A program made the position numbers and the translations under genes. A DNA stretch of 64,000 nucleotides from Raillietiella orientalis (Eukaryota). A model generated the notes under the pieces. It made no database searches. It was given only the letters and a program-made list of their open reading frames with translations, and was not told the DNA's origin. Of the stretch, positions 13,001 to 24,300 are shown piece after piece. The stretch covers positions 3,720,001 to 3,784,000 of the forward strand of contig JAYWIR010000016.1 of the NCBI GenBank assembly GCA_036172245.1. The letters run 5' to 3'. The first letter of the stretch is position 1; each line of letters starts with the position of its first letter.

Positions 13001-14030
13001 GATATTATACGAAAGATATCATGAGAAATATGCTTACTGAACTTGAGGAACTTTTCGAAAGTTTGTGTATTATACTTCGAGGAGTTTGAACAAAAAGTTA
13101 GCCCTTATCATTAAGAGTTTCTCATGATTAACTTCTCAGTCTGCTTATTGTTGATTGTAAGTCATATCATTCTAACACATGTGGCTTATTGTTGGAATGT
13201 CACATGGCATTCATCAGTTCATGTGGCTGCTGAAAAGCCACCCTAGAATGAATTGATGGTTTACTTTCACTGGGCAGGTCTGGAATCATTTTTTTTTTAC
13301 TAATATGTATCCAACATTGGTAACTAAGGTATTGTATTTAGGTTTGAAAGATAAATGTACAATGAGTAAGCCAATCACAGTGCATTATGAAACATGTTAC
13401 CTGTTCAGCTGTCTTGTGCACTATATGTGTTTAAAGTGACCAAAGTCATAGCGCTTCACCTTACATCTGGAACGATTGTGGCAATTTTACCAATGTTCAA
13501 TTTGACCCCGTTTCCAACATTCTGGGGCAGATATTCTGTAAATCTCATCTCATCAGTAATGGTATTCTCTCATGCATAGGACATAATGTAGAATCTCAAG
13601 TCAGGCTGGAAAAACTAATACCTAGGTTAAAAAATTGTATTTTAAGGTTTATAAAATAATGGACTTTGCAGATGTAAATCAGAATTGTATTAACATTTAT
13701 TTTAGAACAAAATTGTCAGTTGTGTCAATTTGTATCTGTTGGCATTGCTAACAGAAAATAAACTTAATTTTCATTTCAGTTTAGCACTGAAGTTTATTAT
13801 CAAATTGTTTGCCTAATACAAACTTGTACCACTGTTAGTATATCCTAATGTATTTGTTATGCCTTCTCATTGTTGCTATTGCATATTAAAAATGTTGCAG
13901 TTGATGAAGGTTCCTTGGTGTTCACATGGAATTGTAGTGCTTTTCCATTGTAGATTCACAGTGGGTGCAACAATGTGATTCTAGTCTTCATTTATCCAGT
14001 TCTCATTTCAGATGACATACCTTGTGAATT

Positions 14031-15255
14031 ATGAATACTGTAAATGAAGAACAAGGTAAAATGTTGCATCCTCTTATTATTAAAGCTGAATTCATTGTAG
14101 ATAATTGTCCAGTTGGTATTCTCATTGAGCTGAGTCCAACAACCCCCATAGAAAATAAGGAAAATCATATGGTTTTTCCAGATGCCTTGCTTTTACCAAA
14201 GATTTATGACATTGATTCATCTTTGAATCATTCTGGTAATATTTTTGAGAATGATCACAGTTTGTCATGCATTTTATTTTGTAGACACTGTTTCCAAGAG
14301 TGAATATCCCATGTCACCTTTTGCAGACACTGTTTCCAAGAGCGAATATCCCATCTCACCTTTTGCAGACACTGTTTCCAAGAGCGAATATCCCATGTCA
14401 CCTGCTGCAGACACTGTTTCCAAGAGCGAATCTCTCGTGTCACCTGCCACAGACACTGTTTCCAAGAGTGAATCTCTCGTGTCACCTGCCACAGACACTG
14501 TTTCCAAGAGCGAATCTCTCATGTCCCCTGTTGCAGACAATGTTGTTCAATGTGATTCTTTTGTATCACCTTTGGAGTCATCATTTAAGGTAAATGTTCG
14601 TGCTAATTGTGTTATGCTATAATTTTGGTTCTATTAATTTGTGATCAGGCCAATGATGATGCATCTTTTAACAATGAGATAGCAAGTGAAGCACAAAATC
14701 TGGCCAGAGAGTTTGAAAGTAAGTCACTTGACTTCTGATTGTTAAATGTGCCTTGTTGTTGCTACAGAATTGAGCAATCAGAGTTTCGAGACATGGATGG
14801 TAGACATTGAAAGAATTTTGAGTTCTCAGGAGGGAGCTCAAGAAGCTCCTTTGCAGCCAAAGGATAATCCCATTTTCGTCTCTCCTGCAGAGAAACCTCA
14901 AGATAACTTGAGCAAGATTCAGAATTCATCTTTGCAAGAAACAAACCAAATGCATGCATTGAAACCAAGCAACAGTAGACCATTATCCCAAAGAGATACC
15001 TTGTTGCCAGTTTTGACAAAAAACCCCGCCCAGTCTGCATACCAACTTAAGAGAACAGCCGAACCTTTAAAGGCGATTCAAAATCTAATCAGAAAGAACA
15101 AGCCCCCAGAACATTTTAGCGTGCATCCTAGGAACATTGTGAAAAATCCCCGGATTTGTGTCTTTCATAAAATTCCCTCGAAAGAACCGGATCAATCGGT
15201 ACCCAGTCGATTACAGCCCAGAGTGTTGCAAGTCGAAAAGTGCCTGTATAAGTGA
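14031..15255 (+). CDS. Uncharacterised Ser/Pro-rich protein, 5' end uncertain. Exons 14031-14055, 14101-14235, 14285-14589, 14649-14718, 14768-15255 (340 aa from this ATG)
   Basis: Four GT-AG introns of 45-59 nt with matching phases join into one open frame. AATAAA at 15336-15341. Contains a KEN sequence, many SP/TP dipeptides and a 14-aa repeat. Possible upstream exons near 13020-13060, 13342-13365 and 13900-14030 could not be joined cleanly. Confidence 0.7.
14284..14539 (+). repeat. Coding minisatellite: six 42-bp units encoding DTVSKSE(Y/S)xxSPxx
   Basis: gacactgtttccaagag(t/c)gaat recurs at 14284, 14326, 14368, 14410, 14452 and 14494, in frame within an exon. Confidence 0.95.
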
Positions 15256-15398
15256 CCCACCGTTCAAGCAGGACATGTTTTCCGAAACGCGAACGGAAAT
15301 GCCACTCGTTGCCTTTGCCAGATCCAGTATGTCAAAATAAATGAATTGTTTTTTCGACAGTTTTCCTTCCGCCGTTGCCTTTAAAGAATGAATTTGCG

Positions 15399-18300
15399 TC
15401 ATGTGAAGAAAAATGCATAGTCTTCTTCTTCAGGGGTAACTCCTTCTTCCTTGGACTTTTTTTTCGGTCGCGGAGGTGGTGGCGATCGGTACATCCACGG
15501 GTGCCCAGTCTAATGCGAACATGGTGAAAACAAGGAGAGGTGCAAAGTCGTGCTTACGTGTCTCGTGGCCAACTTCTGCCTCTCGGTGACTCTCTCCAAT
15601 TTCAGTTGTTGCATTTTCTTTGACAGGGTTTCCCGTTCTTCCTTCATCCTCATGCGCAGTTCCCGTTCTCGTAACTAAGGCTATTCGTTTCGAAGCGAAC
15701 GTGGTGTACGGCATGTCTACGCACTCTTTCTGCCAGAGCGACCTTTTCCGGAGGCAAGTTGTCGATGATTTGCAGCATGTCATCTATCCGGTTCTCAATG
15801 GACGTCAGCAGCTGTGTCGTGGAGAGGTTTGCCTGATTCGGTCCGACGAAACGCTCGTACAGGATTTGTATCTTCTTCCCGAGGGATTCTAATATTTTCG
15901 CGTGGTCCACCTTGTCGGTATGGCCCAAGGAGAACATTCTTCACAGGGTCGTATTTATTGCGGTTACCAAATAATTAAACTACTACGGACTTAATTTGCA
16001 GTTCCATTTCGTCTGCCTTTGCCATTTCTTTTGCTGTTGAATCCTCTAAGAGTTTGATGTGCTGCTCCAGGTACTCACTTTCTCTCTCAAGTTGATCCTA
16101 AATCACATGTTTCAAGAACACGGAGTGAACCACCAAACAGACCAAAGAGGATAAGAGAGGCCGTGCAGGACGGTTTGCTCTCTCCGTGCAGAATTTGTCA
16201 AGTGCAGGAGAGAGGGGGGGGGAAGCATGTTGCAAACTAATGCTGCTTGCTGCTACTGCTAATTCGAAATTTCATTGCGATTTATCTCATGGATTGCAGA
16301 TCAACCGACAGTGAGTGAAACTCACGCAACAGGGAGGGGGCCACGTGCGCCGCTCTCCCCCCCCCCCCCTCTCTCTGTGTGTGTGTGTGTGTGTGTTGTT
16401 GTTGTTGTTGTCGTCGTCGTCGTCGTCGAATTCGAAAAATGCTCGGTTCGCCCGCCTCACTTCCTCCTTGGACTCCACGTGTTTTCGTTTGTCTTAGCTC
16501 CGCCCTGGAGCGACATCCATTACTTTCCTCCCTTTGGAAGCCACTGTGAGAAAACAACTGATCCGGACGCGTTGTTTGTTTTCCCACTGGCGTCTTCGAC
16601 CCCGGCTCGCACACCAGACTGCTTTGCTTGCAAATTTGTGTTGCCCAAAACCGAGCCTATCGCCCATATTTTTTCCTTTCGAAACGATAGGACGTTACGA
16701 TAGGGCGTGTTTATTCCATTCCAGTTACCGAATAAAACGAAGTGTAAATTATCTTTGAACGCGAGGGACGGAGCGGCAGTCCACACTCTCCACGTCATTT
16801 CAAGTTCCCTGAACTTGATCTTAGAAAGCTAGAGAGTTCTTAGATATTAGAAAGCTGAAGAGAGTTCCGTTTAGAAGGCTCTCTTTTTTTTTTGGGGGGG
16901 GGACATCGCGCGACAAGCTGATTACAGACTTTAGGCCCAGCTGAAGTTTTTTCCCGCTCCTCATTTTGGATTTGCTTACACGAAAGGGGGAGGAAAGACA
17001 CATCGGAAATGCAGAAGATGGATCACGGGAGTACCTGCGCGAGAGTCCATCAATAAGATAGATACCAGACATTCATTCATGTTAATCGGGAATTCTGTTA
17101 TGAAGTACTGAGCTGCGGCGTCTCAATTTCTTCTTCTCTCTCTCTCTGTAAATCGTCGTCAAAGACATTTTTCTTAATACGTCCACGTCGCCTGGAATTG
17201 GTTTCAAAGCAGCCTCCGGAGGAAACAGGAGAAGGATGGTCGAAAAGGACAGCACGTTTCGAGAGGCATGAGTCACTCAACAAATGAGAAATTATCGTCT
17301 TCACTGTGGGCATGCCGTGCATGCCTGGCAACCTGAACAGCACCTGTAACCCAGGCGCTTCTCTGAACGCTCCATTCCCTGAACCTGACGTGTGGGTGAT
17401 TTTCGAAATCCAAGTGTACGCGACTTTTGAGTGTAAAGGAAGAACGCTTGGCGACTCTTAGCAAGAAGGCCAACCGTGAGAGCGTCCCTGAAGTCTGGAG
17501 CAACTTTCAGATAGCAGCTGGGATGCTCCGGTCCGGAGGAGCAGAGCACTTTCTTCGACGAGCCACAGGGCGTGGCGAGCGGGCAAAAGAGTGTTTTGTT
17601 CCGATCCCGCGCCCAAGAGTTCCGGGGTGTCATTTTCCGTGCAATTTTCATCGTTGGTCAGCGCCGAGTCCGACGAGACTCGCCCTGCGCCATAGAGGCG
17701 TGCATAGTTGAAAAAACTCCGCTTTCCCGACCCAAAAGGCAAACAAGAAGAAGCAGCTTTCATTCTTTCCCCTATTTTTCCCTTCGCTTTCCCTCCCTCA
17801 GCCGGTCGTTCGGGGCGCTGCACGGATGATCCGAGCGTGCTTTCGATGCTCCCGCAGGAACAACACCGAGCGCCCGCGACGGCTGCTCGTCTGGCTGGGA
17901 TCCTCCGTGATAGGCGAACCCAGGCCTTTTTTTTTTTTTTTTCCTTTTTCCTTTTTTTTTTTTCCCAGTTGAAGAATGAGCCCTGCCTGCTTGCTTGCTT
18001 CTTGGACGGAACGACGGGGAACGCCGCTATGCATATTCTCCTGCATCCCGCCCGGCTTAGGAAATCCGCGAGGATTACTCCGCAAGGTGTTTTTGAGGAA
18101 ACACTCGAGGCAAGTCACGGCTAATTGGAATAGGTGGCTCCTGGTCCTTAGCACCCCCCCTCCCTCCCTCCCCCTTTGTGGGTTTCGATTTACGCGCTGC
18201 TGTCTGCAGCGAACACAAATGAAAACGCCGTCGTCGCGTACGCGGAACTTTCCTGCCTACCCGATGTCCCCAGCCGCGGGAAAGAACCCCTCTTTCTTCG

Positions 18301-21300
18301 TAGGATTATTTACGGACGCAGGGCACGACCGTTCAAAGCAAGACCTAAAGTAATTGTGAAAAATCGCAAAAGGAAGACTGGGAAGAGCCTTTTCTCTTTG
18401 AGCGAGCAGCACGGAAAACAAAGCGCGGTTAGAGATTTACGGGCTGCGTTGTCACGGCTGGACCACCGCCTCGAGCTGGGGGAAGGAATCGAAATGCGTC
18501 TCCTCGAGCACGTAGGTTGCCACCTCCACGGCATGACCAAGGATCGAGGTGATCAGCGATGCAGAGAATGCTGCTGCTGCGGTTGCTTCCTTCTCTGGCG
18601 AAGGTCACGTCGTCGCGAAGGGTTCGCGTGGCTTCGCCCGCCCGCTGCCGCGCGCCAAAAGTGCCAGCGGGACGGACACGGCTCGGTGTTTGCTCGAAGA
18701 TTCTTTTCTGCGGCCCCCGCGGGAAGGAACGCAAACACCTCCTCCGCGGCGGCGGTGCGTCTTTGGCACGGGCGCGGATGCGAGAGGGAAGGGGCGGGGG
18801 GCTGGTAAAATGCGCGCTCCCTCCCTCCGCCCCCCTTTTCCTCCCTTCCCCCTATTTGCGGTTTCGAATTCGCAAACCGGAAAGGCCATTAACGTAGAGA
18901 GGCAGGCCGGAGGAGGGGAGGACGGGAGGGATGAGGGGAAGCGGTTTCTTTGTTTCTACCTCTCTCTTCCTACCACCGCCACCCCGCTTGCTCCTGGCGT
19001 TTCACTGCCGCCCTCCGGCCTGGCAGCACGCGTGCGCGAAGGCGGATGATGAGGAGAGGGCGGGGGGACCGCATTCTGTCGGCGTACGGCGTCTTGCGCG
19101 GCATCTCCGGCTGTAAGAACGGAAAATTCCTTGATGATGCACGACGGTGTTTTTTTTCTTTTCTTTCGTCTTTCTTTTGGGGGAGGAGGAAAAGTAGAGA
19201 GCGGACGCTTTGACGGCGAAGCCAACCTGAAGATTGTTGGATGGGTTCCAAGAGCTCCAACTGGAGGGCTGCTGCGAGACCGAGTCTACAAGAATTATGG
19301 GGATTGTGAAAAGGGCACGACGACTCTCCCTGGAGGGGGAGGAAAAGGATAGGCAGGGAAGGATTGCGGCGCTGCGTCCCAGAGGAGTCCTACGAAGCGC
19401 TCTCCCCTCTGCCACCTTCCTCCTCTTCCCCTCCCCTAACCTGTTTGCGGACCAGACCGCATTTGGGATCTAACGAGGCACGTAACGGATCAGCCGCTTT
19501 CGGGGGAGGAACTGATCCGCGGACCCGGTGCAGTCTTCGTTTTCTGTCGCGCGAGCGGCAGTAGGGACGTGGGGTGGTAGTGAACCACACCGCGATGCTT
19601 TTCGATGACGCATGCGTCGCCACGCGTTCCCGTTCGGAGGGAAACTCAAGCGGACCACTTGACCTTTTTTTCAGAGAGTGACTGGAAGCCCTGCGAGGTT
19701 CCTCACCTCCCGTCCTCTCTGCCCTTCCCTTCTCTTCCTTCCCCCGAACCGGCGTTACTCGCCGCAGCAAGCAATGAGGACAGACCCACCTTCCCGCCGC
19801 TCTCCCTTAGCAGCGCCTACTTCCGACCGGGTAGGAACGGGAACCCCGCTCTGCCCCCCTCCCCCCCCAAAGGGTAAGCGGATCCCGGACGGGAACGGAG
19901 GCCTGGACTCCGTTACAGGTGGTCCGGACCAGGGGGGGGGGCTCGCGCTGTCCCTGGCTGATTGGCACCCTCGACACCTAAAGAGGGACGGCAGGCGCGC
20001 CTATACGCCGCCTTGCCCCATGTGGGCGACGGCGCACGAGACGAGCGTGTGGTGAGTTTTCACCTGGCGGCCTCCCCCCCCTCCCCGTGCTTTCAGGCTC
20101 TCGAGGCGATGGCGCCACGAGCAGTGCCAATAGAACCAGAGGGGACGGCTCCGGCGGGGACAGAGGCGGCTCAGTGGCTTCGCGCATCCTGGCAACGCAA
20201 CGGCGGAGGTTCCGAACAAACGGGTCCCTCACCATTTTTTCCTGGTACCTCAGCTTCCTAGCCGCAATGGCTTCCTCAGTATCCAAGGACAAATTGATGA
20301 GCGACAGATCTTCCTCCTCCAAGTCCGTCAGCAGCTTCAGTACCTCCTGCGGATCCTTGAAGTACAGTTCTGGGAGGGCATCAGTTCCGGGACCCTTTTG
20401 CTCCCGGCAGCCGGACTCCGTCTCACTGAGACCGGCCAGAGGCCTCCTTTCCCCGCGCGCTCCCAAGGGAGGTGCCGGGACGTTCTGCCCTGGACGGTCC
20501 GTCGGCGCTTCCCCTCCCGGGTCGACCGCGGTGCCTTCTGGGAACCTCCGACCGGAAGGATCCATCGGCGCCCTCGCTCTCGCCCTGCGTCGATGCCCGC
20601 CAGGGAGACAGTCCAGTTCGCCCTCTCTCCCTGCAGCCGGAGCGAAGGGCCAGCAGGTAGAGGGGGCGAATCGGATGCCCGTGGTGCTCTCCGCCACTGC
20701 CCGGAGCATGCCCCGGTAGGGAAAGGGCGGCTGCTGCCGCTGGTTCGGAAGTGCAGGGATCCATCCACCCCCACTCGAGAGCCGCGAAAGACCTCGAAAA
20801 GGTGAAAAAAGAAACCCTTTTGAGAGGGGAGACGCCGCGGCTTCCCGGGAGGGTGGGGGACCTGTACGACCCCGAGGTTGCCCAAGCGCTCATGCTCGAA
20901 GGAGGGGCCTGACTGTCCTCGCGGGGCCCACGAGGCGAGGGGAACCAACCGCCAGAGGGTGCCGCTCTGCGGTCGATCCGCGCGAGTACGGCAGCAGCTG
21001 CACTTCCCGGCGGTGATCGTCTGCCCGGGGAGAAGCGGGTCGGAGAAACAGGTGGAAGGGGCGGGGACGGAAGGGGAGGAAACACACAGCCTTTCCCCTC
21101 CTCCCAGTGTTGCACTGGCTCCCACGCACCTGGCTCTTCCTCTGGCAGCTCGTTGTCCCACATTTCGAACGTCTCCATCGTGGGGATGTCTGCGAACTCG
21201 TAGCCGGGGGACAGGGGTGATTGGGGCGCTCTGTCGGTCGCCCCCCCCTCCCTAAACACACAAAGGAAAGGCCAATCACTTTCTGGTGCCGCATACCCTG

Positions 21301-24300
21301 CCCCCCCATATACTCCCGCGAGCGGTGGAGCCCCGGGGCAGCGTCCGGAACCCGTTCGCTCCCGGAGCGACTCAGGATTTCGCATTTCGGATCGCCGGGC
21401 GGAAAGGTTCCGCTTGACGGGGCCGCACCCGCCTTGCCCTGCGTGCCTAGGGACCTGTGGGCCGCTTCGAGCACCCTTCTCTCTCTCCCCCACGTGCCTT
21501 AACCGGACTAGCACGAGACCAATCCTCCTCCTCCCGCAAAGGCGCGCCTCCGGATGCGCTCTCGCCGCCGCCGTCTGGAGCGAGCCGGGTTGCCAGGGGG
21601 CGGGGCCCGGGGCAAGGCTTCGCGTTCCTCTCGATCTGCTTCGCTCCGGCTCCCCTGAGGCGGGCCGCCACTTCCCTCATCTCGCGGTGCTGCGCCCCGC
21701 CGAACTCCTCCCAGCGTCTCTTCCGTCTGTGCGGGGTCTCCGATCCCACCGGCCACCGCCACTTCTTTCTCGTCGGTGCGTCCTTCCCGTGCTCTCCTGG
21801 TTCGGCCACCAACGGACCGCGGATGAACTCGGATCAGAGGGAGGCTGACGAGCGTCTCTTGCCGGCCAGCGGTTCCGTCGTTGTTCCGCCCCTCCTCCTG
21901 GACCGTCCACTCTCGCGTGCGGCTCCGCCCTTCCCTCCCTCGGGACGATGTTTCCCGGCGGCGGTCGGCCGCAGAGCGCGACCGATCTCCCGGCAGCAAC
22001 TGCTGCGGATGCAGACCAAGTAGCCGGAGGCCAAAGGGGTCAGGGATCATCGGAAGGAAGGAGGCAGAAAAAGCAGGAAGCGGAAGGAAAGTCGGACGGT
22101 AGGGCTGCCGAGCCGGAGCGCTTGCCGAGCACCGCCGTGACCATCGAGGGGCACCCTGCCGGGACGGAAGCCGGGTCGCCTCAGGCAACCGAAGAGACGC
22201 AAGGCGGTAACCGCTCTCGAGGGTGGCTTGGAGGCAGTCGAAGGAGGGAGGCTGCCTCTCCTCCGCCTCTGGAGGAAAGGCGGGCGCGTGGCCCTTCGCC
22301 CGCTCATTTCCGTCACCATCTTTCCAACCACTACCAGCGTGCACTTCGCCACCTCCCAGGAGAGCGGACCGGCAATTCCTTTCTTCTTAGTGGGGGGCAG
22401 GGGCAGCCTCCCCAACTGGAGGAGAGGGGCATTGCTGTCCGAAAACAATGAGACCGGGACTGATCTTTCGAGAACCGCCCAGCACTCTACGCTCCATCCT
22501 GCGCCCGAGACGGGCCTCGGGTCGCTCGGGGAGGTCGGGGGGGCGCGCCGCGGAAGCACAGCTGCTCCGAGCCGCTCCTCCTCCCCTGAAGGGCGGGTCT
22601 GCCACGTGCCACCCGCGCTCCCCGCAGGTGCTGCAACGCGTCTGTGCCCCGCGGGCGACGAGAGGCCTCCCTGGGCGCGCTTCAGCACACGTGTCCGGAA
22701 CACTCTCCTCGACCTCCTGTTCCCTCCGGCGGAGGAGCCGCTCCCTCCCCTCGGGGATTCGACAGCGTGCAGCGCTCCTGCCACTCGCCTTCCCTCATGC
22801 AGCTTGGAGCGGACAGGAGTGCTCGCCCGTCCGCTCTGAACCTGGGCCCCGCCTCCAGAGCGGGGCGATGTCGGTACAGGAGGTCCCTCGGGCGGCGGTG
22901 GTGGTGTGACGAGCCTGCGCCGCCACTTTCCCGTCAAGTGCGGCCGCAGCTTCCCCGGGGAACCCTCCTTGCTTCACCTGTCGGCGGCGTGCGCTCTTGG
23001 GAGGGCTCCTGGCAGCCGTGGTTCCTGGACGGCGCTGAAAGGAGCACCGCATCTTTCCCCTGCCATTCACCCAACAGCAGCTGCCAGGCGACTGGCTGCT
23101 CATCTGCCGCCCCGGAGAAGCCCGGACTCGGCGATAGAGGCGCCACAGTCACCTTCCATCCTGCAGGGGGGGCACCTGCACGAACATCCTCCATGGTCGC
23201 AGGGATCGACGTCCTCATTGGTCCAGGCCGCGGAGGGAAGGCAATGGAGCCGACTGGGGGAAAAGGTGGGCACGTGTGTGGGAGGGGAAGGAAAACCGGA
23301 ACCACCCCCCTCCTTTCCTCGCCCTCCTTCTCTCTGAACTCCTCTTCCAGGAGGAAAGCCTTCGCCTCGTCCTCTCACGAGTCTTTTTTCCCACCAACGG
23401 GAAGCAAGGGAGGGAATGAGGGGATCTGCGAGACCCCGTCTTTCCGCTCCGTATCACCCGGAGATTTCTCTTTCGAGGGAGTCACCTTTTGCCGGCGGAT
23501 TCCGACGCCGACAGCAGAGGCGCCTCCGAAGTCTTCTTCCTTCGGATCTTCTCTGACCTCGTCTGGAGAACCTGCGGAAGAGGGATAGATAAGGGAGGTT
23601 CCTCCAGGTTGCCTGGGATGAGAAGGAGGAGGAAGGGAGGAAAAGAAGGAAGGGAGTAGGAGGAGTGGGGCGGGTGGGGAGCGACCTGCTTTTTCCACTC
23701 GGCGGGGGCGACGGAGAACAGGAACTGTCGGTAGAAGTAGCACTCCCTCAGGGTTTCCCTCAGCTTGGCCACCGAGGAGGTCATCTCTGCGATCCTGCCG
23801 TTGAGGGTCCTGATGAGGGCCACCTTTTGCAGCCTCCTCATGGTCTCCGCCTCCGCCCTGGAAGGGGCCGCTGCGCTGTTCCCCCCAGAGATCCCTCCTC
23901 GCACGCACCTCTCCACAGCCTCCACCGCCTTGTTGTCGTTATCCCGGAGGAAGCAGTACAACTCTTGGACGTCGACCTCCACCTGCCTCTCGACCTCAGA
24001 GATGGCCTCCTCCTCTAGCCTCATCTTCTCCTGCAGCGCGTGGATCTCATCCTTCCGCACCCCGATCATGTACTGCACTCAAAAGAGGGGAGAAAGGGAG
24101 TTAGTCCGGAAAAGCACAGGAGATACGTCGCCATCCGCGGCAGGCAGGACCTCGGCTTCGTCCGCGCTCTCTCTCTCCACCTTCCACCCTCATCCTTATT
24201 CGGTGGCGACCGCCCCTCGTGCCAGCCGCATCTCCGCGGTCGTCCGAGCTCCAAGGGGACATGCCAGGAGAACAGGACGGGACTTCTCTCCGCTGAACCC

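Noticed and set aside
14013..14027. In-frame TGAs as selenocysteine or a reassigned stop codon
   Set aside because: TGA is the normal stop of CFAP100, AMDHD1 and Wnt16 here, and I see no SECIS evidence. Indels or alternative splicing are simpler.
14284..14539. CRISPR-like array (constant ~20 nt plus variable part, 42-bp period)
   Set aside because: The variable parts are near-identical to each other, the repeat is in frame within a spliced exon, there are no cas genes, and the context is eukaryotic.
10200..16150. Horizontally acquired or contaminant AT-rich insert
   Set aside because: It contains the last four exons of CFAP100 and the same short GT-AG introns as the flanks.
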